Assembly (NCBI GenBank): GCA_963676395.1
Contig: OY781066.1
Coordinates: forward strand, 704,001 to 768,000
Source of the DNA: a bacterium
GTDB taxonomy: Bacteria > Fidelibacterota > Fidelibacteria > Fidelibacterales > Fidelibacteraceae
DNA: 64,000 nt
Direction: 5' to 3'
The notes beneath the pieces were generated by a model, which saw only the letters and a list, made by a program, of their open reading frames with translations, was not told where the DNA came from and made no database searches. Position 1 is the stretch's first letter. Every line of letters begins with the position of its first letter. Of the stretch, positions 9,897 to 19,295 are shown one piece after another. Both the position numbers and the translations under genes were made by a program.

Positions 9897-10766
9897 ATGG
9901 AAGAAGAACTTAATTCAGAGATTAAAAAGTTGATTCCAAAAGTGTATGATGATGCATTACAACCATCAGTCATTGAGATTGGCAAATCAATAAAGGAAAC
10001 TGTTAAACTCGCCTTGAAACCCTACAATGGAATAATTTGGTCAATTGATAAATCTTTCGACTGGTTAACAAACACAATATCTCAAAGAGTTGAAAACTAT
10101 AAAATCAAAAAGATAAAAGCTCCGAATATTGAGACCACAATTAAGGTTATTCAGGGAGTACAGACAACAGGAGCACTAAATGATTTTGTTCCAAGACATC
10201 TATTTGCCAATCTATTGTTTTCGGAAATAAATGCAGAATACGGACATGAAACCCATCCAGCTTATGCAGAACTTTTAAAACAATTTACTCAAGAAGAATG
10301 TAAAATTTTATGCGTCATTGCAAATAGACCTTTATCAATATATTCAACAAGTACATTAAGCGATAATTATTTTGACTATAACTACAAGGAGAAAGAAAAA
10401 ATAAGATATAGCAATGAAACTCATGATTTACAAATAAAATGTGGATTTACAGAAACTGCACCTTTAAGTCTTTACATTGACAACTTATTAAGACTAGGTA
10501 TTATAGAAAGACAATCTACCAAACATGATGAAATACCAAGCTCTACAAAAGAAGAAGCATCTGTTTATCATAGAGAACTTAAACTATTTGAGGAATATCA
10601 AAAACGATATAAAAATGATAGTCGTTGTCCAAAAAGTGTAAAAATCAGAATTGATATAATTAAACCAACATATTTTGGTCAAAACTTTTTAGGTGCAATT
10701 GGTGCCAGCCAGTTTTATGACCACTACAGTAATATTTTTATAAAGCCAGATTGGATAAAAGATTAA
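9897..10766 (+). CDS. Abi-alpha (DUF4393)-like protein, cassette 1
   Basis: N-terminal PKVYDDALQPSV.EIGK, LFANLL...HPAYAELLKQ and IDNLLRLGII patterns. Confidence 0.65.
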   Translation: MEEELNSEIKKLIPKVYDDALQPSVIEIGKSIKETVKLALKPYNGIIWSIDKSFDWLTNTISQRVENYKIKKIKAPNIETTIKVIQGVQTTGALNDFVPRHLFANLLFSEINAEYGHETHPAYAELLKQFTQEECKILCVIANRPLSIYSTSTLSDNYFDYNYKEKEKIRYSNETHDLQIKCGFTETAPLSLYIDNLLRLGIIERQSTKHDEIPSSTKEEASVYHRELKLFEEYQKRYKNDSRCPKSVKIRIDIIKPTYFGQNFLGAIGASQFYDHYSNIFIKPDWIKD

Positions 10767-10785
10767 ACCTTTAAAGAAGACTAAT

Positions 10786-11403
10786 ATGTTTTTTAAAACA
10801 CCAAACATCAAGATTGAAAAAATTGGGAATGTCGAAATCAATCCTCATTATCATCCGATTTTTGAAAAAATTGCTTACGATACGTTTCAAAAATTTATAG
10901 AAAAGGAAAACAAGTTACATCAGGTACAATCTTTATCTGACCAAAAGGTTAAAAAAACAAAGTTTTTAAAAACGATTGACCTACTTGGAAAAATCATATC
11001 AATTATTTCGGGTATTGCAATAGTTGTATTTGTGATTTTTTTACTTGCTGGTAAAACATCAATTGGTAGTGTGCAAGTATCAACTCTTTTAACAGTTATT
11101 AGTTTCACTTTGATTGGTGGAATTATTTCTATTGGCGGTGTGCAAATGTTTTCTTTTAATGCCTCGTTGAGAAAGAGTGAAAATAAAATAAGAGAACACC
11201 TAAATCGAAATTTGGAATGTCCCTTTGATAGAATACTAAAAACTGATAACCCAAATTGGCACAATAGACAGCCGGGAAATCCAGATTTTTGTATGCGCTG
11301 TCCATTAGGGATTGATATTTCAGGTAATGTAGAGGGTGGACTAATACATGTTTGTAAAGTATACATGAATTATCATAAAAGGTGGTTAGACAACAAACAA
11401 TAA
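10786..11403 (+). CDS. Hypothetical two-TM protein with Cys-rich C-terminus, cassette 1
   Basis: Two hydrophobic segments; CPF...FCMRCP...HVC; stop codon abuts repeat 1. Confidence 0.6.
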   Translation: MFFKTPNIKIEKIGNVEINPHYHPIFEKIAYDTFQKFIEKENKLHQVQSLSDQKVKKTKFLKTIDLLGKIISIISGIAIVVFVIFLLAGKTSIGSVQVSTLLTVISFTLIGGIISIGGVQMFSFNASLRKSENKIREHLNRNLECPFDRILKTDNPNWHNRQPGNPDFCMRCPLGIDISGNVEGGLIHVCKVYMNYHKRWLDNKQ

Positions 11404-11546
11404 CTGGGCACAACATTTTGTATAAGTAATGGCAGGCGATGTAGTAAATATCAATGTTTGTAGCGCGCTCAAACTGCGTAGCGGTTTGACAGGAAACTAC
11501 CACGCAATCTGCCACTACTCATACAATTTACCGTTGTGTGTAATGC
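11401..11546 (+). repeat. attC-like cassette site, copy 1
   Basis: TAACTGGGCACAAC...TTGTATAAGTAATGGCAG...CTGCCACTACTCATACAA...GTTGTGTGTAATGC. Confidence 0.9.
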
Positions 11547-11562
11547 AAAAAAAAGACAGTAC

Positions 11563-14328
11563 ATGAAATTTAAAACCCAACATTTAAGAAATATTATAGA
11601 TGCTAACAATGATAATCGATTAGCGATTTTTGTTGGAGCTGGAGTTTCAAAAAATTCTGAAACTAAAGGACTAAAACTTCCAATATGGCAGGATTTAATT
11701 GATGATTTGAAGAAAGATTTAGAATTAACAAGTGAGACAGACTTTTTAAAAATAGCACAACTTTATTATCTGGAATTTAAAGAGTATTCATATCTTAAAA
11801 AACTAAAAAAATATTTTCCTGATAACATAAGACCTTCTTCAATACACAAACAAATATTTGATTTAAATCCTCAAGTAATTATTACAACTAATTGGGATAC
11901 AATTCTTGAGAAAACGATAGAAGAAAATGCATATATCTATGATGTAATTCGTTGTGATGAAGATTTAGTTAAATCCACAATTCAAAAGAAAGTGATTAAA
12001 ATGCATGGAGATTTTAAAAATCACAATATAGTTTTCAAAGAAGATGATTACTTGAATTATCAATATAATTTTCCATTAATCGAAAATTACGTAAAAAGCA
12101 TTTTGTCTACTCACACTGTACTTTTTTTTGGTTATTCATATAATGATATCGATTTCAAACAAATAATGAAATGGTTGCAAAATTATTCAAAAGTACAACC
12201 GCCAAGATATTTAACTGTCTTTTATGAAAATTCAACACAAAATAAGTATTTAGAAAATCATGGAATAACCACATTTGTGCTTGATGAACCCAATAGTTCA
12301 ATGAATCTTCAAAGCGACTATACTGAGAATACAAAGTATTTCTTAGATTTAATAAAAGATGATGAAAGAATTAACTTCTTAAAAACTGAGAATGACATTA
12401 TCGATTTTGTTTTCAATAAATTAAAGGTGCTTTCTGAACTCAATGGTATTTTAATTGAGCAAATACAAACCTCATTGACTAATTGTGGTTTTCTGTATGA
12501 TGATAGCAATAAAACAATATTGGAATTTCGAGATAAAATACTCACATATGACTTAAATAAAGAAAAGAGAAATATATATAAGGAATTTGTAAAAATACTA
12601 AACGCGCAAGACGATAAAGGATTATCAAACAAAACTTTATATAGTATTTTTGAAATTTTAAGTAAAGCCAATATACAAGGAATTGTTATCACTGAAGACG
12701 ACTTATCAACTAGAGAAAAGAAATATATAGTTCTAGATGATTATTTAACAGATAAAGAATTCAATCTTGAATCAAAGTACCTTGATTTTGATTTTTCATT
12801 TGAGGACAAATCAACAAATGATATTTATGAATTGCTTCAAAAATCATTCATTTTATATCAGCTTGAAGATTACGAAAAAGCATATGAGATTGTTGAAAAA
12901 ACAATAATACAGTGTTTAAAGCAAAAAAATTATACTGTTTTATTTATTTCAATGTTTAATAAAAATGTTCTTCTCTGGAAATTGAAATATGGCTTTTTTC
13001 AAAATAGAAAAGTATATGAAGATATTGAAGAATATAATTTAGAAGAGAAGTTTAATCAGCTTCCAAAAGATTTACAAGGAGCACTTAAGCCAATTTACAA
13101 CTTCTTAAACTCTTGTTATTTATATATATTTGCATATAGAATATCAGAAGAATTAAATAAAAAAGAGGGATCTAAAAAAACTATAGAATCTGGTGGTTTT
13201 GTTTTAAATTCTAATATTACCGAATCTTCTTCAAAGCATAAAAATCTAATTTCATTTATACTCCGCAACGGAATAATTTTAGAAGGGAGAAGCGAATTTC
13301 AAAGTATCAATAAATATTTCCTGAAAATTTCTATTATAAGACAGGTTCAGAATAAAGCAACTACATTTAACGAAATAGAGTTTTTTTCAGCGATAAAGTA
13401 TCTTTCGAATAAAGAATTAAAACATTTACTATCTGAATTTTACAAATATGATTCTGACAAAAAGGGCAAATTTGAAATTTCAGAAGAAAATAAAAATTGG
13501 TTAATTAATAAGGTGTTGATAAATCTTGTAAAAAGATATATAAACTCCGACAATGCGTTTAATACATTTGAAAAATACTTAGAAAATACAATCTTCTTAC
13601 TTTCATTAACAAAACTATCAGATGATGAAATTTCAAAAATTTTAGAAAGCTTTAATAACATTATCGATAAAGCTAAAAACACAATTGGAATTTACGAATC
13701 AATAAATCTTTTCTTGGGAAACCAATATAATCTTCATAATACATCCATTAATGAAAGTTCATTACTTAATTTGATAAAATCTATCATTAATAAATTTGTA
13801 AGCAAGCAATATAATGGATACGATTTTCATGCAATTACACGCAATGAAATTTCGAATTTATATGGTTATGCAAGAGAACAAAAAGCAATATTTAAAGAAA
13901 AAGCATTGATTAATAAATTAATTGATGCATCAAAAGAACTACCAATAGAAGAACAATTAAATATTTCAGAATCTCTTCTTCTTAGTATTTATGATATTTC
14001 TACTGATGAAATTAAGACCAAAATTAAAGAATATATTTTGAGCATAAAATCAAGTGAAACAAAAGAAAAACATGATTATTTAATATTTGAGCTCATCTTA
14101 GTTATTCGTGATTTTAAAAATTTAGAAACAGATTTAATCAAAGAGCTTGAAGAATATTTTGAACCATATAAAGACTCAAAGTCATTTTCTTCAATTTGGT
14201 ATTCAATAGATAGTCAGATAGATTATTTAATAAAAGAAAAGCAACTAACTCAGCTCAAAGAAGTTTCTTCAACGATAAAAACGTTAATAGAAAACTTTAA
14301 GAAAAGTGAAAGATTTTCAATACTTTAA
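11563..14328 (+). CDS. SIR2-domain NADase, DSR2-like defence protein, cassette 2
   Basis: FVGAGVS, ITTNWD, KMHGD and KEDDYLNY..NFPLI...THTVLFFGYS, plus long helical C-terminus; ATG at 11563 because the GTG at 11536 lies in the repeat. Confidence 0.82.
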   Translation: MKFKTQHLRNIIDANNDNRLAIFVGAGVSKNSETKGLKLPIWQDLIDDLKKDLELTSETDFLKIAQLYYLEFKEYSYLKKLKKYFPDNIRPSSIHKQIFDLNPQVIITTNWDTILEKTIEENAYIYDVIRCDEDLVKSTIQKKVIKMHGDFKNHNIVFKEDDYLNYQYNFPLIENYVKSILSTHTVLFFGYSYNDIDFKQIMKWLQNYSKVQPPRYLTVFYENSTQNKYLENHGITTFVLDEPNSSMNLQSDYTENTKYFLDLIKDDERINFLKTENDIIDFVFNKLKVLSELNGILIEQIQTSLTNCGFLYDDSNKTILEFRDKILTYDLNKEKRNIYKEFVKILNAQDDKGLSNKTLYSIFEILSKANIQGIVITEDDLSTREKKYIVLDDYLTDKEFNLESKYLDFDFSFEDKSTNDIYELLQKSFILYQLEDYEKAYEIVEKTIIQCLKQKNYTVLFISMFNKNVLLWKLKYGFFQNRKVYEDIEEYNLEEKFNQLPKDLQGALKPIYNFLNSCYLYIFAYRISEELNKKEGSKKTIESGGFVLNSNITESSSKHKNLISFILRNGIILEGRSEFQSINKYFLKISIIRQVQNKATTFNEIEFFSAIKYLSNKELKHLLSEFYKYDSDKKGKFEISEENKNWLINKVLINLVKRYINSDNAFNTFEKYLENTIFLLSLTKLSDDEISKILESFNNIIDKAKNTIGIYESINLFLGNQYNLHNTSINESSLLNLIKSIINKFVSKQYNGYDFHAITRNEISNLYGYAREQKAIFKEKALINKLIDASKELPIEEQLNISESLLLSIYDISTDEIKTKIKEYILSIKSSETKEKHDYLIFELILVIRDFKNLETDLIKELEEYFEPYKDSKSFSSIWYSIDSQIDYLIKEKQLTQLKEVSSTIKTLIENFKKSERFSIL

Positions 14329-14339
14329 TGTGAAAGAAA

Positions 14340-14485
14340 GCACTACACACAACATTTTGTATAAGTAATGGCAGACAATGTGGTAAATATCAAGGTTTGT
14401 AACCCGCTCCAACTGCGTAGCTGTTTGACAGGGAAGTGCTACGCAATCTGCCACTACTCATACAATTTACCGTTGGCTGCAATTG
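14340..14485 (+). repeat. attC-like cassette site, copy 2
   Basis: GCACTACACACAAC...same stem as copy 1...GTTGGCTGCAATTG. Confidence 0.9.
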
Positions 14486-14504
14486 AAATGAAACTCATCA
14501 CAAC

Positions 14505-15671
14505 ATGAAAATAAATAAACTTAGACTTGAAGGTGTTGGAGGAATAGAATTTATTGAATTAATTTTCAATAGCCAGATGAATCTTTTCTGTGGCCCTAAT
14601 GGAATTGGCAAGACAACAATTCTCGAATCCATAGCACACATTTTTTCAAATGGTCGAACGAACATTTTAAAACGGAATGTAAATAGTGCAAACAGCAAGA
14701 TTTGGATTCAAATTGATGATAGTGGACAAACAAAAGAGAAAGAAATTCATTTTGATACATTTGTGCCTGAAGTTCCAACAGAAATTAGACAAGCACTAAA
14801 TCAATACTCAAATCAAATTCTATCTTTAAAAACTAGTAGGATTTTTCAATACCAGTCATTGCAAGCCGTTAATAAAGATTCTTTAAAGGAAACACATTTG
14901 ATTTGGAATGATGCTATCAATGGCATTCAATTAGCCGATGTGAAAAACTGGTTTGTAAATAGATATTTATACTCAGCACATCCAGGAGCTTTAACAGAAG
15001 AACAACTTGCGAATTATGAATTAGCAAAATCTTGTTTTTCATTTTTAAATGAAGAGTTTTCTTTTTCAAAGGTTGATGCCTCTTCAAATGAAATTATGGT
15101 CAGTACTCCAAGTGGTACAATTTATTATGAATATTTATCATCTGGTTTTAAATCAATAATCTCAATATTATTTGGAATAATAAAGGAAATTGAATTTAGA
15201 TTTACTAATCCAAGAATAAAAGCTGTTGATTTTGAGGGGATAATTCTAATTGATGAAATAGAACTTCACTTACATCCAGAGTGGCAAGAAAAGGTTGCAA
15301 GTGTACTCTTAAAGGCATTTCCAAAAGCCCAGTTTTTTGCAACAACTCATAGTCCACATATCATTCAGACAGCGTTACCAAATCAAATAATTGCCTTGGA
15401 GGCAAGTGATAAGAAAACAATCCAGAGAGAGCTTCCTGATACTGAATTTGGATTTCAAGGATGGACAATAGAAGAAGTATTAACTGATGTAATGGGAATG
15501 AAAGATACTAGGACCGAATTATTTAATCTGCTTATGTACGATTTTCAGATAAATATAGATAAAGAAAATTATGAAGGTGCATTAAAGATATTTGAAACTG
15601 TAGATTCTTTATTGCATCCTCACAACGAACTTAGAAAACTTTTAAAATTTCAACTCGCTGGAATTAAATAG
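14505..15671 (+). CDS. ABC/AAA ATPase, PtuA (Septu)-like, cassette 3
   Basis: Walker A GPNGIGKT, signature LSSGFK, Walker B ILIDEIELHLHPEWQ and TTHSPH. Confidence 0.8.
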   Translation: MKINKLRLEGVGGIEFIELIFNSQMNLFCGPNGIGKTTILESIAHIFSNGRTNILKRNVNSANSKIWIQIDDSGQTKEKEIHFDTFVPEVPTEIRQALNQYSNQILSLKTSRIFQYQSLQAVNKDSLKETHLIWNDAINGIQLADVKNWFVNRYLYSAHPGALTEEQLANYELAKSCFSFLNEEFSFSKVDASSNEIMVSTPSGTIYYEYLSSGFKSIISILFGIIKEIEFRFTNPRIKAVDFEGIILIDEIELHLHPEWQEKVASVLLKAFPKAQFFATTHSPHIIQTALPNQIIALEASDKKTIQRELPDTEFGFQGWTIEEVLTDVMGMKDTRTELFNLLMYDFQINIDKENYEGALKIFETVDSLLHPHNELRKLLKFQLAGIK

Positions 15672-15678
15672 AAATTAA

Positions 15679-16422
15679 ATGATTAAGCTTAATAGACTTT
15701 TTACACCTCTCGGATTATCTCCAGCTTTTATTAAAGCACAAACACTTGAATTTAAAACAAATGGAACAAATGTATGGAATGTTAACTGGTTAAAAGAATC
15801 GCTACTACAGTTAAGTTTTCAAAAATGTGCCTATTGTGAATGTTCTTTGAGCGTTGAAAGTAATTATATGGAAGTTGAGCATTTTGAAGACAAAAGTGAT
15901 TACCCAGATAAAGTTTTAATTTGGGAAAACCTTATTCCTTCTTGCAAGAAATGTAATGGTTCGAAAAGTACTCACGATGTAAATAAAGAACCAATTGTTA
16001 ATCCATTTATCGATAATCCCTCTGATGAATTTTATTTTAGATTATACAAGATAAAAGGAATTAAAGAAAAGGGTATTCGAACAGAATCCATATTAAATTT
16101 AAATCACCCTGAAAGAGCAATAAAAAAACGATTTGAAATTGGTGAAGCCTTAGAAAACTTAATTGAACAAGCATTTGAACGGTTGATTAATTTTGAGGAA
16201 AGTTCAACCGTACTTCGAAGAAACAAGCTAAATAATATTGTTGAAGAAATTCTACAAGAGAGTCAACCTGAATCTATATATTCTGCAACTTGTGCAACAA
16301 TTCTTCATTCATGTTTGAGATATAATGAAATCAAGATAAAAATGGAAAAATTAGGTTTATGGACTTCAGAATTTGATAATTTACATGAAAAATCGAAAGA
16401 AATTGTACTAGAAATGAAATAA
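15679..16422 (+). CDS. HNH endonuclease, PtuB (Septu)-like, cassette 3
   Basis: KCAYCE...EVEHF...WENLIPSCKKCN..K; directly after the ATPase. Confidence 0.8.
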   Translation: MIKLNRLFTPLGLSPAFIKAQTLEFKTNGTNVWNVNWLKESLLQLSFQKCAYCECSLSVESNYMEVEHFEDKSDYPDKVLIWENLIPSCKKCNGSKSTHDVNKEPIVNPFIDNPSDEFYFRLYKIKGIKEKGIRTESILNLNHPERAIKKRFEIGEALENLIEQAFERLINFEESSTVLRRNKLNNIVEEILQESQPESIYSATCATILHSCLRYNEIKIKMEKLGLWTSEFDNLHEKSKEIVLEMK

Positions 16423-16566
16423 CAACTGCTGCCAACAATGTATATACAAAATAGGCGAGATAGTAGTAAATTCAAGGGTTGTAGCCCGCTTCAAAATTGT
16501 GACGGTTTGACAAGTTTGAAGCCCGCAATCGCCTACTTTGCATATACTTACCGTTGGCAACAATAC
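16423..16566 (+). repeat. attC-like cassette site, copy 3
   Basis: CAACTGCTGCCAAC-AAT-GTATATACAAAATAGGCGA...TCGCCTACTTTGCATATAC-TTACC-GTTGGCAACAATAC. Confidence 0.9.
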
Positions 16567-16598
16567 AGGACACACCTCAGTTGTAAAGATTATGAAAT

Positions 16599-19115
16599 AT
16601 GATTGAAAAGAAAATTGACAAATCTATTCTCCTTGATGATTTGGAGCTATTTAAATATTTAAAGGATAATGATAGTGAATTCGTATCGTTAATTGATGAT
16701 ATAAATGCCAAAGTTAAGAACCTGCTCAATAGTGGTATACCAAAAGTATTTTCATCATACACCTTACATGACATTGAACATTCATATCGGATAATAAAGT
16801 ATATGAGTGACATTATTCCTGATATTTCAAAATTAAATGAACTTGAAATTACTATTCTGATACTTGTTGGATTGTTGCATGATGTTGGAATGGCTGTGTC
16901 CACAGAGGATTTAGAGTTAATTAAAAATGATAATTACCCTCATTTTGATGTGAAGTTTTCTGCAACTAAAAAATATGTTGGAGGTGATGAAAACTTAGCA
17001 TTGCAGGAATATATAAGAATGTATCATGCTCAAATGTCGGGAATATACATTGAAGAAAAGTTAAAAGACAAGCTGAAAATTTCTGAAAACTCTACCTTAT
17101 CTTTCATGGATGATGTTATTAAAATCTGTAGAAGTCATACTGAGTCATATGAATGGATTAAGCAAAATTTGAATCCGTACACTGTATTAGGTGATTATGA
17201 ATACAATTCCTTATATATTTCTCACTTATTGAGACTTGGAGACATCCTAGATATTGATGAAAAAAGAACTCCTTTAAGCTTGTATAACTTGATAGCTCCT
17301 AAAGGTAAAAGTGAAGAGGAATGGGATAAGCATTTCATAATTCAAAATTATGAGAAAATTGAAATAAATCCGAAATCAAAATTAAAGCAGATTGCTTTTC
17401 ATGGTCATTGTTCTAACGCACATATACACCGTAAATTACTAGAATTTTTTGATTGGGTTAATGAGGAACTTTTGAATGCATTAGCATCAACGAATAATAT
17501 GCAAGAGCAGTATAGGCTAAATCTCGAAAATTCAATCCTTCAAAATATTGTAACCGAGGGCTACACATTTTCTGATTATAAAATGAAACTCGATTTTGAA
17601 GCAATTAGTTCTTTATTGATGGGGGAAAAAATATATGGAGGAAAAGAACTAGGATTAAGGGAGCTTATTCAAAATTCGATAGATGCATGCCGATATAGGA
17701 CAGAATTAGAAAACATAGGAAAAGAATTTGGCGAAATAGATTATGAGCCTAAAATAAAAGTTATTGTAGACAGTAAAAACCAGATTATTTCAATAAAGGA
17801 TAATGGGGTAGGTATGTCAATTGGTGTAATAAAGAATCACTTCTTGAATATTGGCAAATCTTATTATAATTCATCCGAATTCTTGTTGCAAGATGTCGAG
17901 TATAAACCAATAGGAAATTTTGGAATTGGGTTCCTTGCATGCTTTATGTTATCTAATAATATTAAAGTAGTGACTAGATATTATAATAGCCAAGACAAAT
18001 ATATTATTGAACTTGAAAAAGGAAACGAATTTACATCTATGTTGAAATCAAATGACGTAAGATTTGAAGGGACGGAAGTTGTTTTTAATCATGATGAATT
18101 TATGAGTGTTTTCAATGATAAAATTGAAGATATATCAAATTTTCTGAAAAAATATTTTATTACTGATGGCATTGAATTAGAACTTATAAATGTAGATAAG
18201 AAAGAACGGATTTCTATCGAAAATAAATTTGACAAAAACATAACACCAGATAAAGGATTTCTAATTGATTTAAGTTCTTATTTAAAGGAAATAGAAGGCT
18301 ATGCGATTGTTAAACACCGCAATAGCTTTATTCACACTTTAGATGATATTGGCTTTGAAGGTGAACTTTATTTTTATGATTATGAAAAGGGATTATATGA
18401 AGTAGAGGATTTATCGAAAGTTGATATTGATTTTTATATACTTAACAATAGAATTAGATATTTCAATATTCCATTAGTTGAAAATGAAAATGTATCTGAT
18501 TACCTCAATGGTTTAAGATATACTGATGATGATGTATCAGAAGTAATTGATAAAATGGTCAATGACTTAAGATGGATTTCTATACTCCCTCAAAGAGATA
18601 CTGATTCAATGATGTCTGACCAAATTATAGATAATGGAGATACTTTTTTTGACAATTTAGAGTTCAGCGACTTAGTAAAATTAGGTCACGATGACACATG
18701 TAAAACAAAGATGTTTGAGAAAGAGCAAAATATATTTGAAGGAGAAAAAAGTAACTTATATATGCCTTTTGAGCAAAAAGAAGACAATTACTGGAGATAC
18801 TATTATAGAAAAAAAGAAAAACAAAATTTGTATGTAAGAAATGTTTTAATCAAGGACTTTGATTTTTCTTTTAATACTAAAGCATCCATTTTTGACATAA
18901 ATGATGTAATAGTCAATGTACAATCAAAAAAAGTTGTTCCTGATATTTCTAGAAATAATTTGGATTCAGAAACAGAAAATAGACTTAACTATTCGATAAG
19001 CAGAGCAATTCATATTGGATTACTTAATAGTGAAAAATTGTTAGATAATGAAAGAGAAACTCTTAAGTTATTTATTGATGAGTTTTATACTGACAAAACT
19101 GAATTTGATAAATAA
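16599..19115 (+). CDS. HD-CE domain plus HSP90-like GHKL ATPase, cassette 4
   Basis: YTLHDIEHS..LLHDVGM..LRLGDILD HD motifs; LRELIQNSIDA, DNGVGM and GNFGIGFLACFM GHKL motifs. Confidence 0.8.
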   Translation: MIEKKIDKSILLDDLELFKYLKDNDSEFVSLIDDINAKVKNLLNSGIPKVFSSYTLHDIEHSYRIIKYMSDIIPDISKLNELEITILILVGLLHDVGMAVSTEDLELIKNDNYPHFDVKFSATKKYVGGDENLALQEYIRMYHAQMSGIYIEEKLKDKLKISENSTLSFMDDVIKICRSHTESYEWIKQNLNPYTVLGDYEYNSLYISHLLRLGDILDIDEKRTPLSLYNLIAPKGKSEEEWDKHFIIQNYEKIEINPKSKLKQIAFHGHCSNAHIHRKLLEFFDWVNEELLNALASTNNMQEQYRLNLENSILQNIVTEGYTFSDYKMKLDFEAISSLLMGEKIYGGKELGLRELIQNSIDACRYRTELENIGKEFGEIDYEPKIKVIVDSKNQIISIKDNGVGMSIGVIKNHFLNIGKSYYNSSEFLLQDVEYKPIGNFGIGFLACFMLSNNIKVVTRYYNSQDKYIIELEKGNEFTSMLKSNDVRFEGTEVVFNHDEFMSVFNDKIEDISNFLKKYFITDGIELELINVDKKERISIENKFDKNITPDKGFLIDLSSYLKEIEGYAIVKHRNSFIHTLDDIGFEGELYFYDYEKGLYEVEDLSKVDIDFYILNNRIRYFNIPLVENENVSDYLNGLRYTDDDVSEVIDKMVNDLRWISILPQRDTDSMMSDQIIDNGDTFFDNLEFSDLVKLGHDDTCKTKMFEKEQNIFEGEKSNLYMPFEQKEDNYWRYYYRKKEKQNLYVRNVLIKDFDFSFNTKASIFDINDVIVNVQSKKVVPDISRNNLDSETENRLNYSISRAIHIGLLNSEKLLDNERETLKLFIDEFYTDKTEFDK

Positions 19116-19260
19116 GTACTGTTGGCAACAATGTGTATAGTGCATAAGGGTTTCAGAGGTTTTCGAGCATTATCACCCACATCAATTTTGGGTGGTAACT
19201 TGACAGGTTTGAAGCCCGCAACCCCTTACGACACCATACACTCAACGTTAGCGGTAATTT
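19116..19260 (+). repeat. attC-like cassette site, copy 4
   Basis: GTACTGTTGGCAAC-AAT-GTGTATAGTGCATAAGGG...CCCTTACGACACCATACAC-TCAAC-GTTAGCGGTAATTT. Confidence 0.9.
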
Positions 19261-19295
19261 AAACTCCAGAAATTGGACCTAATAACATCAAAATT

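Noticed and set aside
11486..11530. TTGACA in the repeats as a sigma70 -35 box
   Set aside because: No good -10 hexamer at 16-18 nt spacing; the nearest TACAAT is about 30 nt away
11536..11562. GTG start for the SIR2 ORF
   Set aside because: It lies inside the recombination site; ATG at 11563 is more plausible
14340..16422. Structured repeat before the ATPase/HNH pair as a retron msr-msd
   Set aside because: No reverse transcriptase in the window, and the same repeat flanks unrelated genes
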